DNA of 51,998 nucleotides from the NCBI GenBank assembly GCA_003990765.1, contig RBNJ01000022.1, positions 1 to 51,998 of the forward strand, given 5' to 3'. Source of the stretch: Jimgerdemannia flammicorona. Taxonomy: Eukaryota. The translations under genes were made by a program, and so were the position numbers. This document shows positions 25,220 through 36,720 of this stretch, one piece after another (positions within the stretch are counted from its first letter, which is position 1; every line of letters begins with the position of its first letter). The notes beneath the pieces were generated by a model. It had not been told where the DNA came from, did no database searches, and worked only from the letters and a program-made list of their open reading frames with translations.

Positions 25220-27050
25220 AGTGACTTTAGGTAAATTTTTGAGTTACTTCTATTTATTAATTATATTTATTATTTTTATTATTTCTCAAACTTATCCATT
25301 TATACATATTATAATTCAGAACCAACCATGTCACCAAAAACATGCTCTGATAATAAACATGCAGTTCTGAATAATAACTTAAAGAATAACTAGATCAAGT
25401 GAAGCCACAAGAGTTATGAGCAACTTGTGGAGCCAGCCTCTAAGTTTCAGGCTAAGCATAATATCTAGAAAAAGCAAAAAAGAATTATTATGGAAGAAGA
25501 TGATATTGATATGATCTATAGACAATATTAACTTAATAATCTAGATATGATATCTATCTCATCATTTACTTTTAATTCTCTCCTCTTTTTAATTTACTAA
25601 TATTCTTGATTATTTACAGGTTCAGAAACCTCAAGTCAATTGCAACAACTCTCACTATATGCTACAATAATATCCCCCACTACTACTGCTCCCTATCATA
25701 GTCAAGAAATAGATACTGGGTACTATTATGATAATGAGCCTGAGAGTTCAGATTCAATATATATAAGTAGTTATATATATATATATATATATAATATGCA
25801 AATTAAAATTAAATAAATATATATTTAGTAGCTAAAAATCATTATTAAAATATCTTTAGAGTTCTCAAACAACTTGGAGTAAGAAAGGAAAGAAGAATTA
25901 TATATCAGAATAATTTTCAATTTCACCAGTATATGCAGATGTAATGAAGACCCAATAGGTATCTTTGATCAGGTATGAAGATTAAAAATATTTATTCTAT
26001 ATTAAATAATAAATATATTTATTTTATATTTTATCCAGAACTAAGCAGATTAGAAAGTCAAAGAAGATTATATCAATATATGAGATTTTGAAAAGATATA
26101 TGTAGCATATTGATAGAAGTCTGGAACAGAGCAGTCAAAAAAATCCATAACTTTATATTTCTTGAGGATGTATTCTCAAGTATTTTCAATTAGTATAAAT
26201 TTACTGAACTACTTTTAGTCAATATGCCACATCTTGATAATAGTCAAGATTTATATTTTAAGATAAATATTCAGACTATATATGAAATGTTTATTATAAA
26301 TATAAAACTAATCCAAAAATATATATTTATTTATTTTTTTAAGAAATTTCTCAGACTTGTGGAAAATCAAAAGAAAAGCTTCAGAACTGTCTCTCATTCA
26401 TCTTTCCAGATATCAAAACCTCTTACTAGAATGATTAAAAGATCAAACCAGAATGAAGAAGATCTGAATGGATCTTTTGAAGCTACTGTCAGAGGGCACA
26501 TTACTAAGATTCATTTATTGAGCACCAGAGTATATACTTGATGATAATGAAGAGATTCAGCATAATGAAGATAGCAAAAAAAAAAAAAAATTAATCTCCT
26601 TGTGATCCATACTACTCTGAATATATTATAAATGTTTTTAAGTATCTCTGATATGATCCACATCAAGCATGGTGAAAGAATGTGTCTGTTCAGAAGATAA
26701 CAATTCCACAGCTTGCATTTGTTCTAACTTTGGTAAATATATCTCAAACTTTGATCTGTAAAATGATATCTCTCTAAATATTCAAGCTCATCAGATCTTT
26801 GTCTCTTCTTTTGTCAGTTGGAACATCTCACATCACAGATTGACTCAAAGTTAAATGAAAAGACAGATGGAAAGAATTACAGAACATAGATTAAAAGGTT
26901 GGAAAAATATAGTTAGGTTAAATTAAAACTAGATTGACTTCAAAAGGAAGTATATGCTATATGTACCACTGGAGATATGGATGGTGAGGGATCTGGTTCT
27001 GGATTGGTGAGTGATGTTGAAGATATATTAAATGCTTGGATGTGAAAAAG
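25220..27050 (+). pseudogene. Possible degenerate second gene of the DNA transposon, divergent from the transposase
   Basis: Alternating coding-like and AT-rich intron-like blocks with GT..AG borders and many stops. No recognisable domain. Confidence 0.3.
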
Positions 27051-27177
27051 GTATATAACTTTTGTGTTTTTCAGTCAAAACATTAGCAGCTTCTTTAATT
27101 TAATATCAATATACTACTTCTTCTTTTATTAATATGCAGCTTTGGCTTTAATTCAATATATAGCTTTGCTTTCAATT

Positions 27178-27310
27178 AAGTATACAGATTGCAGTATGAA
27201 TTGTGATATATGGATTGCAGGATATGGATTGCAAGATGTGGATTGCAGTATGCAGATGGATTGTGAGATGTGGATTGCAGTATACAGATAGATTGCAGTA
27301 TGCAGATTTT
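27178..27310. repeat. Short tandem repeats (gattgcagtat(g/a)caga..), possibly subterminal repeats of the DNA transposon
   Basis: Repeated ggattgcag units of ~14-20 bp. Confidence 0.65.
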
Positions 27311-28317
27311 TCTCTTCAAATGTAGCATAGCATTAATTTCATAATATGAATATATATTTTGATTCAAATTTGTATGTCACTTATGCTGAATAATAATATG
27401 GATGATATTTTCAAATGGCTGTCCTGAGTGAAGTCACTATTGCTGAGTCTGCCAAAGGTAAGAATTATTTTAATAGTATTAATATTTAATTTTCCAAAAT
27501 TTTATTATTAAAATTAAAGCCTGGCTCTAGAGCAAATATACAGGTATTATATATATATATATTGTTGATGTTAGAATGAGGGCAGCTGGTTGCTCAAGTC
27601 TAGTTGGCAGTGATATAGTTGGGAATTATGAAATTTAGAATTCAGATGAAGATGCTGGGTCTGGATATCTTTGTTCTTTGAGACAGAGTTCAGACGATGG
27701 GCTTGAAGGGAATATGGGTGAGGGATATGTAAAAAGGAACTCAGGCGAGGATAGAAAGGAAATTCGGACTAAAAGGGAATTTTGACAAGGGATAGGAAGG
27801 AGATGCGAGAGAGAGATATGGTGAAAGGAATGCTGATGAGGGAAGGCCAGAGAAATGGAAATCGAAGGGGAAACAGAATTCAGATGACAGATGTCAGTAG
27901 AAATGGACAACGGAATTCAGAAGGAGTAGTATATAAAAATGTAATTGAATTTATCTAATATTTATTTAATTATAGAATTTTGAAATAATTAATTGCATCA
28001 AGTTATTTATAAAATCTGAGAAATAAAATAATGAATTTTTTAAACAAAAATTATGTTAAGATTTATATATTTAGTTATTATCATTTGATTGAATATAGTT
28101 ATAGACTTTTAAATTTTGAAAGATTTATTTTTCTTTATTATCAACTAAGAGATATTTATTTCAATATTCAAAATTTGAATGAAGCAGTCTACTTTAAAGA
28201 TTGAAAAGTACAATATCTCCTATCTTTGTCAACTCTTTAAAGTGCTCAGAAGATGTCTTTCAGAACTTGAACTAGATTTCCGTAATATATTCTGACTTCT
28301 ATGCTACAGCTGCTAAA

Positions 28318-31300
28318 TCAATCTTTTTCTCGTTTACCAAACGCGTTTTTGATCCGAGAAAAAATTGATCTACTCCTGGTCTCTGATTTCAAGGAAATAT
28401 GTTTATAGACTGTGATATGTGCCAGGTCGTTGATTTTAGAGCACTGTAAGCCGTTATTGCAGGGAATCAAAATGCAGGGCATATTGGCATGCAGCAAGCT
28501 CTCACGATGCGACCAGTCGCCGATCTGCGAACAGTTCCAGTAATCGTGGCAGTTCAACAAATACTTATGTATGTAATACAGCTGGTGCTCAGTATCGTTT
28601 ATCTCGCGACAATCACTGCCAAACGGGCATAGATGGGAATAAATCTACATGATTTGATTAGAATTTCATCAGTAAAAGATCCAGCACTAAATATGTAAGC
28701 AAATGCTTGGGCATCACGAAAAATAGTCCATTAAAGAAGAAATAAACCCTCACCTGGTTGTGCTCAGATTTGACAAATTGGAATTTGCAAGTCGCTATGT
28801 TGGGACAAGGCATCATAAATGGATGCTCGAATGATCGAATATGATCTGCGTCATCGTACTCGGAACAAGTCGTTTGAAGGTTACAAACGTCCCCATTTAC
28901 TTCTTCAAAGGTTCCCTGTATCCCGTCGCAATGTATGGGGTCAGCATTAGTGATCGCCGTCGGATGAATGTAATATAGCTGGTGCTCAGTATCGTTTAGT
29001 TCGTGACATCCATTGCCTAGCTGGCATAGATGAGAATATATCTGCATGATTTGTATAGGATTCCATTAGCAAATGATCTGACACTAAATATATAATGGCT
29101 AATACTTGGCCATCATGAACATGATAGTCCATCAAAGTAGAAATAAATCCCTACCTGATAGTGCTGCACATCGACATTTTGGAAATGGCAGGTCGCTATG
29201 TTGGGACAAGGCATCATAAATGGATGCTCAAATGATCGAAAATGATCTGCATCATTATACTTGGAACAAGTCGTTTGAAAGCTACAAACGGCCCCATTTA
29301 CTGCTTCAAAAGTCCCCCGTATCCCGTCGCAATGTATGGGGTCAGCATTAGTGATCGCCGTCGGATGAATGTAATATAGCTGGTGCTCAGTATCGTTTAG
29401 TTCGTGACATCCATTGCCTAGCTGGCATAGATGAGAATATATCTGCATGATTTGTATAGGATTCCATTAGCAAATGATCTGACACTAAATATATAATGGC
29501 TAATACTTGGCCATCATAAACATAATAGTCCAACAAAGAAGAAATAAACCCCTACCTGGCTGTGCTGTGCATCGACAAATTGGAATTTGCAGGCCGCTAT
29601 GTTGGGACAAGGCATCATAAATGGGTGCTCAAATGTTCGAAAATGGTCTGCGTCGTTGTACTTGTAACAAGTCGTTTGAAGGCTACAAACGGCCCCATTT
29701 ACTGCTTGAAAGGTCCCGTCGTGATGTCCGGCGTCAGCATTAGTAATCGTCGTCGGATGTATGTAATACAGCTGGTGCTCAGTATCGTTTCGTTCGTCAC
29801 ATCCATTACCACTCTGGCATAGATGGGAATACATCTATATAATTTAAAAGAATGTCATTAGTAAACGATCTGACACTAAATATATAACATATGTAATAGC
29901 AATTGCTTATCCATCAAGAACGAGATAGTCCAATGAAGAAATAAACCCTCGCCTGGTTGTGCTGCGATTTTTTAAATTGGAGTTTGCAGGTCGCTATGTT
30001 TGGACAAGGCATCATAAATGGATGCTCAAATGTTCGAAAATGGTCTGCGTCGTTGTACTTGTAACAAGTCGTTTGAAGGCTACAAACGGCCCCATTTACT
30101 GCTTCTAAGGTCCTCTCTATCCCGTTGCGACGTACGGGGTCAGTATTAGGGACCGCGATTGCAACTTGTGTCGTTGGAGCGTTCGCTGACGCTGATTGCG
30201 TGCTAGAAAGAGATTTTAATTGATTATGCTTAGGCGACTGCCCAGGCAACGGCCCAGGCAATGATCCTTGCGGTGGTGTTGAAGCGTTGGTTGTCATTTG
30301 TGGTGTCCATTGAATACTATTCTTTTCCGGGAGACGCTTATGATGTACCTCGATGGATTCGAATGACACCTAACGTCGTGGTTATACATCAGTATATATA
30401 TATATATATTTGGTTTCAAACCAGCGCGCGTGGCGTGTGAACACGTACCTGATTCTTCCACGCTCCGATTCCCAACCATTGTACATTGAAGCTGAAATCT
30501 CCAGGAAGAGTGTTTGTATTAAGAACAAGTGTTCGCCGATTGTAAATCTGTGAATGACCCCAATGCTCCACCTTGCAAATCCTTTTCCTAATGGTGTTGA
30601 ATCATGTTTTTAGTCATTATGAATAAAAGTGGTTGCCTACATAAATTCGAACCAAAAGCAGTAGGAAAGCTCCAAGTAACATACTCGCTGTCCATATGAA
30701 TGTGATAATTGACCCAATCGCCGTCGGCGAAACCTCGGTCGAAATTCGGGTCATGTGCCACCCAATTCTTCTTGTCAAGTGTCACCCTGTGCGCCGACGG
30801 TGGGCTTCTCGTGATGTAGAGGATATGATATTTGGGACCTCCAAAATAGAAGGTAAATCGCGCGCCGCTGTTACTGCTTTTTTTCGTTTGCTTCTCGGTA
30901 AGTATAAGGAAGAACTCGCTGCCTTTGGCGCGGAAGTAGATGTTTCCGTCGCCTGCGACGCGAAAACGGAATGGTAGAGGAAATATGGCACCATTCCCGC
31001 GCTCTAGAGTAATGCTCATACCGAGCGGTCGGTTAACAGACCCGATGACAGCATTCGGAGATGAACAGTGTTCCATGGCGGTGTTTATGAGCTTTCTCCG
31101 ATCATCAGTCAAATTGAGACGTCCATCGACATCCCCTCCAACTGGATCACAGAACACTACGACGTTGTTCGGGTCTGGAAATGCCAGTCGGAACTGTTGC
31201 TTATCGGCGTCTGTTAAATTGTTATCCCAAATGTTCTAGAGGAAAAGTCAATTAATCAGTATGAGTACTCTACCAAAATGTATAATCAAAGACATTTTGA

Positions 31301-33829
31301 AGATCTTACTTTTGGGATAATAATCTTGTCCACAAATGAGAATGGAATGAGACTGGGCAAATGTGCCTCAAATACAAAATGTGATTCTCTCTTCAACCAT
31401 TCGCTTTTCACATCGTTCAAAGATATGTGTGTTTTACCCGTGGCTTCCATAATCTTTAGGACAATAATATGCAGTGTAAAACTTCCAAGCAAGCTCCACA
31501 AAAAGTAAAACACTATGCTTAATGTTGCAATACTTGAAAAACGTACCTGGGCGCAAATATCGGCGGCAGCGGCTTTAGCCCAATTGCTGCAGCTTGTATG
31601 CAATTTTGACTTATGAAACTTCTCAATAGCTTCATCAGATTTTGGTTTTCCTGTTGGCATAAATGGTCGATTGTTGGCCTCTCTGCGCGGTTCGGAATTC
31701 AATTTTAGCAATTGTTAATTTAAAAGTAGACATCGATCATTGAAAGGAGCAATAATGAATAATTGCCAGGAAGCCTTTAGAATGGCGTACCTTCCGGACC
31801 AAAACGCCGTAGCAGCATTTGGTGAAACGTTCGATTGTGGATGATTCATAATATCCGGTTTGAATAGCAATATAATATCACCATAGTAGTGACCTATTTA
31901 CATATATATATAATTATTAACATAATTATTATGATGATAACATTTACAGGAACTGTGGCAGATTAAGATTTAACATACCAGTGTGAGGACCAAGGATACT
32001 AAAGACTTGCTTGTTGGTTCCCATTAACTTGTCAACATCATATTGAATACCTTCCGGATTGGTAGCAAGATCTCTAGTAGCCTTGACAAGAAGATCTCCC
32101 AAGTCAATTAAGGGTTTCATCTGCTCGCTGACAATAATGTGACCAACAAATAAAGGATGAGCTCTTAGAAATAATTATGTATGTACTTGGAGGGGAAGCA
32201 TTTCTCAAAAGATGTAAGGAAAATACGAACCTTGTCAGAATTTGATTGCATACAGCCTCGATTTTCAAGTTAAGGTCTGTTTCCCAGCTAGGTAATTGTG
32301 GATCATTTGCTGATTTACCGTGGGCAACCAGCACCGCACATTCTACCAGATCCTGCAAATCATGGCTCCATATGAATATGGCACACGGTCGTTGCAACAA
32401 AAATCCAATATTAGTAATTACCTCCAATTGCGTCCGTTCGGTTTTTGAGCAGTTATTCTCTTCACTTATTTGCCTTAACAAAGGGTGATGTCGAGCTTCG
32501 TGTGATGCCCACTTAGGATTTTTGAGTTTCCGAATATGATCCACTGACATAACCTGCAAAATCATACCATGAGAACTGGCATTGTAATTCAGATATGTAG
32601 GAAGGATAATATATGTACCTACATGATGGTGTGCCAAAATACTTTTGAAAATCTTTGGCCTCACACGATGTGCTGGACGTAATCTCTTAACCCATTCAAC
32701 GACCTCTTCTGGGACCTGAAAGTTTTGCCCCTTATTTTTAAAGTATACGTCAGTCGCCTTTATGATCTTTCTAGCATTTCCCAAGAAATTTATGTCCTGA
32801 CAGGTGTCGTCATAGCTTGAGATAGGTGGACCGTCGGAGGGGTGTGTGTACTCCGCTACATGTTGTGATTGGGTACGATTGGGGCATTCTAAGAAATACG
32901 TCAATGAGGTGAGACTAAATTCGTGAATGCCCAAGGTATGACAAAATGACGGCAGGAGAATTTCAAAATCACAACACCTTGCTTATATTGGCATGGAGAT
33001 CGAATATCTGCGATTTCCGCATGTGAAAACAAATCCAAATGCTCCTCATTCAAGAGAAGAGTGCAGTTTGCTCCATCAGAACAATGGGTGCGGAATATAT
33101 GGATAAAATTCCGCATATGATTGGAGTCCGTTAATTCGCAACATTCCGCGCCATATTTGCAGACATGAGAGAACTTCGCGGCGTGATTGACATCTGTACG
33201 CGTGCACGCAAATGGAGCATCACGGCAGGGTGTGTTGAATTGATGCAAATATCGGTCCATGTGAGCCTCGACCATATACTGGCCACAGAAGCTACCGTCG
33301 TGACATTGCACCTTCATAGGTCGGTAATGCTCGGAGTGCAGTTTTGCCTCCCGTGGGCGCGAGGTAGTTTCTATGGCCTCCGCCCTCACGACGCCAGGTT
33401 GATGGTGATCATTTGTCCGACTTTGTTGATCAGCGGAGGTAGTGGATGGATAAATGTCGGATGGACTTGACGGGGCTTTTGCGACTTTAACCTGCAAAGG
33501 AGCGTTTGCGAATTTATATTAAAGCAATACACAGAGAGAGCTTTCAAAGAATTCATTGCTGGCAAAATGGGTCTTACGCAGTGACCGGCAACCATCATTA
33601 CTCCTTGGGAGATGAGAAATCTATGTGTATCAGCGGACAGCCCGTCGACTATGGCGGTATTGTCGCGTCCGATAGACACTGTGATATTCTCCTCTCCGGA
33701 AGCCATCTTTACAACGCCAAGGATGTTGGCGTGTGTTACATCAGTAGGGATCCCTTTCAGAATCATTTGCGAATCGCTGTTGGCATTGTTTTGTGGGGCG
33801 ACTCGAACGGAGTATTGATTGTCATCCAT
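28318..33829 (-). CDS. ~1380-aa multidomain protein: RRM-like N-terminus, 5 PBZ-like CCHH fingers, DarT-like ADP-ribosyltransferase-fold domain, beta-rich domain, ~14 further PBZ-like fingers
   Basis: Manual exon model: 33829-33578, 33491-32978, 32888-32623, 32553-32422, 32352-32231, 32163-31979, 31893-31791, 31682-31547, 31453-31310, 31235-30685, 30587-30449, 30369-29953, 29834-29556, 29442-29155, 29041-28754, 28644-28318. Total 4143 nt, phases consistent, all GT-AG except one GC-AG. Fingers such as CKYGAECCELTDSNHMRNFIH and CQYKQ|ECPNRTQSQHVAEYTH, the latter reconstituted across a splice junction. The gene call is firm; the domain names are motif-based inference. Confidence 0.85.
28570..30150 (-). 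repeat. Intragenic tandem exon+intron duplication (~4 units of 392-401 bp)
   Basis: Exon starts at 29834, 29442, 29041 and 28644. Long identical stretches, including introns, between the 29442 and 29041 units. Confidence 0.95.
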
Positions 33830-34747
33830 GAAGTCAGAGGTTTGGATTTCCTCAAAGTCTGTTTGGCGTGTACATATAGCGGGCACACGCAATAAATCAA
33901 ATGCGGGCCGACGGTTACTCCTCCCTTCCCTAAAAGAATGTTCCGTATGAGAACTCCCAAAATTGGGGGATTGCGCACCAGTAGCCGGGTAAAGGTGGAT
34001 TTCAAAGCCAGATAGCCACATGATTTTGATTTTTTTTTTGACAACGGGCCATGGCCGCAGCAGAGACATGGCTGCACTAGTGGGACTATTGATTCAATGA
34101 TACGGACGGTGTCATCCCTGACTCAACTCAGGCTCTCACCGTCCACTCGTCACTCAACCGCCACTCACTCTCGATGTTCTAACCAATTTGTCGGCCACTA
34201 CGCATCCCTGCATCTCGCGCTGAATGACTATTTGCCAGAGATTTTTTTTATAAGCAGATCGGTTTCGATTTGTAACAGTTATCCTTGTAGTTGACACATC
34301 TGCAATAAATATAGATACGGCCTGTGAAGTATACAGGCAACATTTCAAGTTCGCCGAGACCTCTCAAAATGCTTACCCAATACAAGAGAACTCGCTTTCT
34401 TCATCGTCGTTGCCATCACTGCTGCCGTGCCTATATACCTCTTGGTTTATGTGGTGTAACATATGGTGAAATGAACGCAGATCACCATTTCCCAAAAGTT
34501 TCCTTCGAAGTCTTAACCTTTCCAATTTACATACAGGAGAGTAGGAAAACGTTTGTACCATTGTTTTATTGCACATATACTATGATAACCCTTGAATGTG
34601 CCCTGGACGCCACAATAGAACGCCTACGCCTTTCAGGTGGCACAGCATAATGCATGAAAACTATGCCATCAAGTGTGAAACCACCGGTTTGAGCGATTTA
34701 CTACTGGTTGCGCATGGGTTTTGGATGTGACTATTGTTTCAGGCAGA

Positions 34748-34826
34748 GGGCGTTAATGGCTACGTATATAAGTGGGCAATGGGCGTTAATGGCTACGTAA
34801 GTGGGCAATGGGCGTTAATGCTACGT
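34748..34826. repeat. Three copies of a ~29-33-bp unit upstream of the zinc-finger gene
   Basis: gggcgttaatggctacgt(atat)aagtgggcaat x2 plus a partial third copy. Confidence 0.85.
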
Positions 34827-35235
34827 CATCACTGACATCCGCGTCAAAGATCAAAAGACTCCCAAACGTTCTTTTCTTCGTGCAAACTCCCTGTCATACC
34901 ACTACAAAGGGCAGCCTACTATAAGGCCCGCTTGGGCGACGCTTGCGTGGGTATATACCTGCGTATAGGTACACCAAGTGTATGACACCTGATGTTAGAC
35001 ATAGCACCTTGTGTTAGATCGGTGTAGGTTTGCGTCCTGGCTGGGACGATAACAAGGGATCCCTCTCCCTCCTGGAGTGTGTATCTTAGCCTTTGTAGTT
35101 TTGACGGGTGGGGAAAGAAGTTGCCCATTTACGTTAAGTATTGCTCTCAGTTTCTTCTGCTGCCGTGTCTTTTTTTTTTCTTTTTTTCCGAACCTGCCTA
35201 CTCACCACTTTTATTGGCCGGAAGCGATTCGCTTT

Positions 35236-35292
35236 CCGGTCTTGGTTGCTTTTAAGCCAACTGATGAGCCCCTTGAGCAAGGGCAAAACCGG
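35236..35292 (+). ncRNA. Type III hammerhead ribozyme-like motif (G12 position is A, probably inactive)
   Basis: CCGGU C / UUGGUU-loop-AGCCAA / CUGAUGA / GCCCCUU-GAGC-AAGGGC / AAAA CCGG. Stems I-III and the CUGAUGA core are present; GAAA reads AAAA. Confidence 0.75.
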
Positions 35293-35619
35293 TCTATTCT
35301 AAGTCAACTTCATTTGTTGGAGTTTGTTTACATGATTATGTGTCTTTATGTATATTTTAATTTATAAACAATGAAAACACACGTCTTACGGACGGTTGGC
35401 AAACGCAATTGTGAGTGAAAAGGTGAGCGAAAGGTATGCGTTTGCTACGGTCATGGTTACGTAGTCCGTTCTCTCGAGATTCATGGTCGAGGTCTTCGCC
35501 TACCTGAGACTCATGCTGGTTTGTTGGTCGTGAGGGTTGTTGGATTGAACGTGGAATTGTGGCTCGGGTGGGGATGTCGAACAGAGTACAACAGATCCGA
35601 TACTCGTCCCTCTTCCTTC

Positions 35620-36720
35620 CTTCTCCCCGGACCCAGACACACGCAGTTCAAGGTCCGACTCGCAACGCCATTCTCACGCCATATGGCGAAGACACTTTCG
35701 CGCCTCGACCAAATACGCCGATTCTACCTCGACCTCCGCATACTCAAAGGCTATGAAGCCCTTCTAGACGATGTCGCAAAAATGTACCTCAAACATATCA
35801 CAGCCAGTGTGCTGCATGAGAACCCTGCATGCCGCAGTGCAGGTCGAGAGCTTGAGCGCCACAAATGGAGGAAAATGATAGAGGATGTCCTCGGAGGAAT
35901 GTGAGGGGAAGGTGAGGACATTATCTCTAATTTAAGTGTGATCATCTCTGGTTTTTGTGGGATTGGTGGATGGTCGTGTCTGGGCAACTATCTGTGTGTT
36001 TCGGATATAATCTCTTAGATTATTCTTCATTCTCCCTCCCATTTCTACAGGACATCTCGACAGCCCAATTCACGGACGACCTGCTCCATTCCCTCAGCGG
36101 CACCATCCTCCGCATCGAGCACCTCATCGCTATTATGGACGTTCGAAGACGGCGCTGTCTCCCGCATTGAGCACCTCATCGCCATTATGGACGTTTGGAG
36201 AGGGCGACGTCGACGTTGAGCAGGCCGTACAGCTCATCGGTAGTCTCGCCGATAAGGAGGAATTCCCGACCCTCATCAGATGATAGTTTCAGTCATTAAC
36301 ACTCTTTGCCTGTGGAGGAGCCACGCCATCCAGCGTGCCATGACGCCCCCGCTGAGATCGTCGAGGTAGGCTCTCCACAATTTCAACGAATTGGCCATCG
36401 GGAATGGGATCTGAGTCGTGGAGGCGGCGAAGAGGGTGGTGGGTGTTTGTTTTTTTTTTCGTCTTCACGGTGGGGGTTGAGAACCGGATAACTGACATGT
36501 TTGTAGCCACCCTCCTCTTCTTCACATTCTCAGGCATTCAGGGCCTCGGCGACATCTCCTGACCCTTCTTGATCGACCTGTTCCGGTTCCCCGACTCGCC
36601 AAACGTGCAGCAGCTGTGCTTGACCTGCCTGATGAACGTGCAGGAGAGTGTACGGCGCTGGTCGAGGCCGTGATCAGGTGATGGGCAGACAGGTTTGAGG
36701 CGGGTGAGGGGCGAGCAAGT
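35620..36720 (+). pseudogene. Fragmentary coding-like sequence of unknown family
   Basis: Protein-like blocks (RLDQIRRFYLDLRILKGYEALLDDVAKMY; DISTAQFTDDLLHSLSGTILRIEHLIAIMDV) separated by intron-like segments. A ~51-bp tandem duplication lies at 36108-36206. Confidence 0.35.

Noticed and set aside
27830-27860. ctgatgag...gaaa as a third hammerhead (also the minus strand at ~36270)
   Set aside because: No stem II or stem I/III pairing can be formed.
33830-34069. N-terminal extension of ORF 33386-34069 as part of the protein
   Set aside because: It crosses a homopolymer run and is not domain-like. Met at 33829 directly precedes the RRM-like segment, though an upstream exon cannot be excluded.
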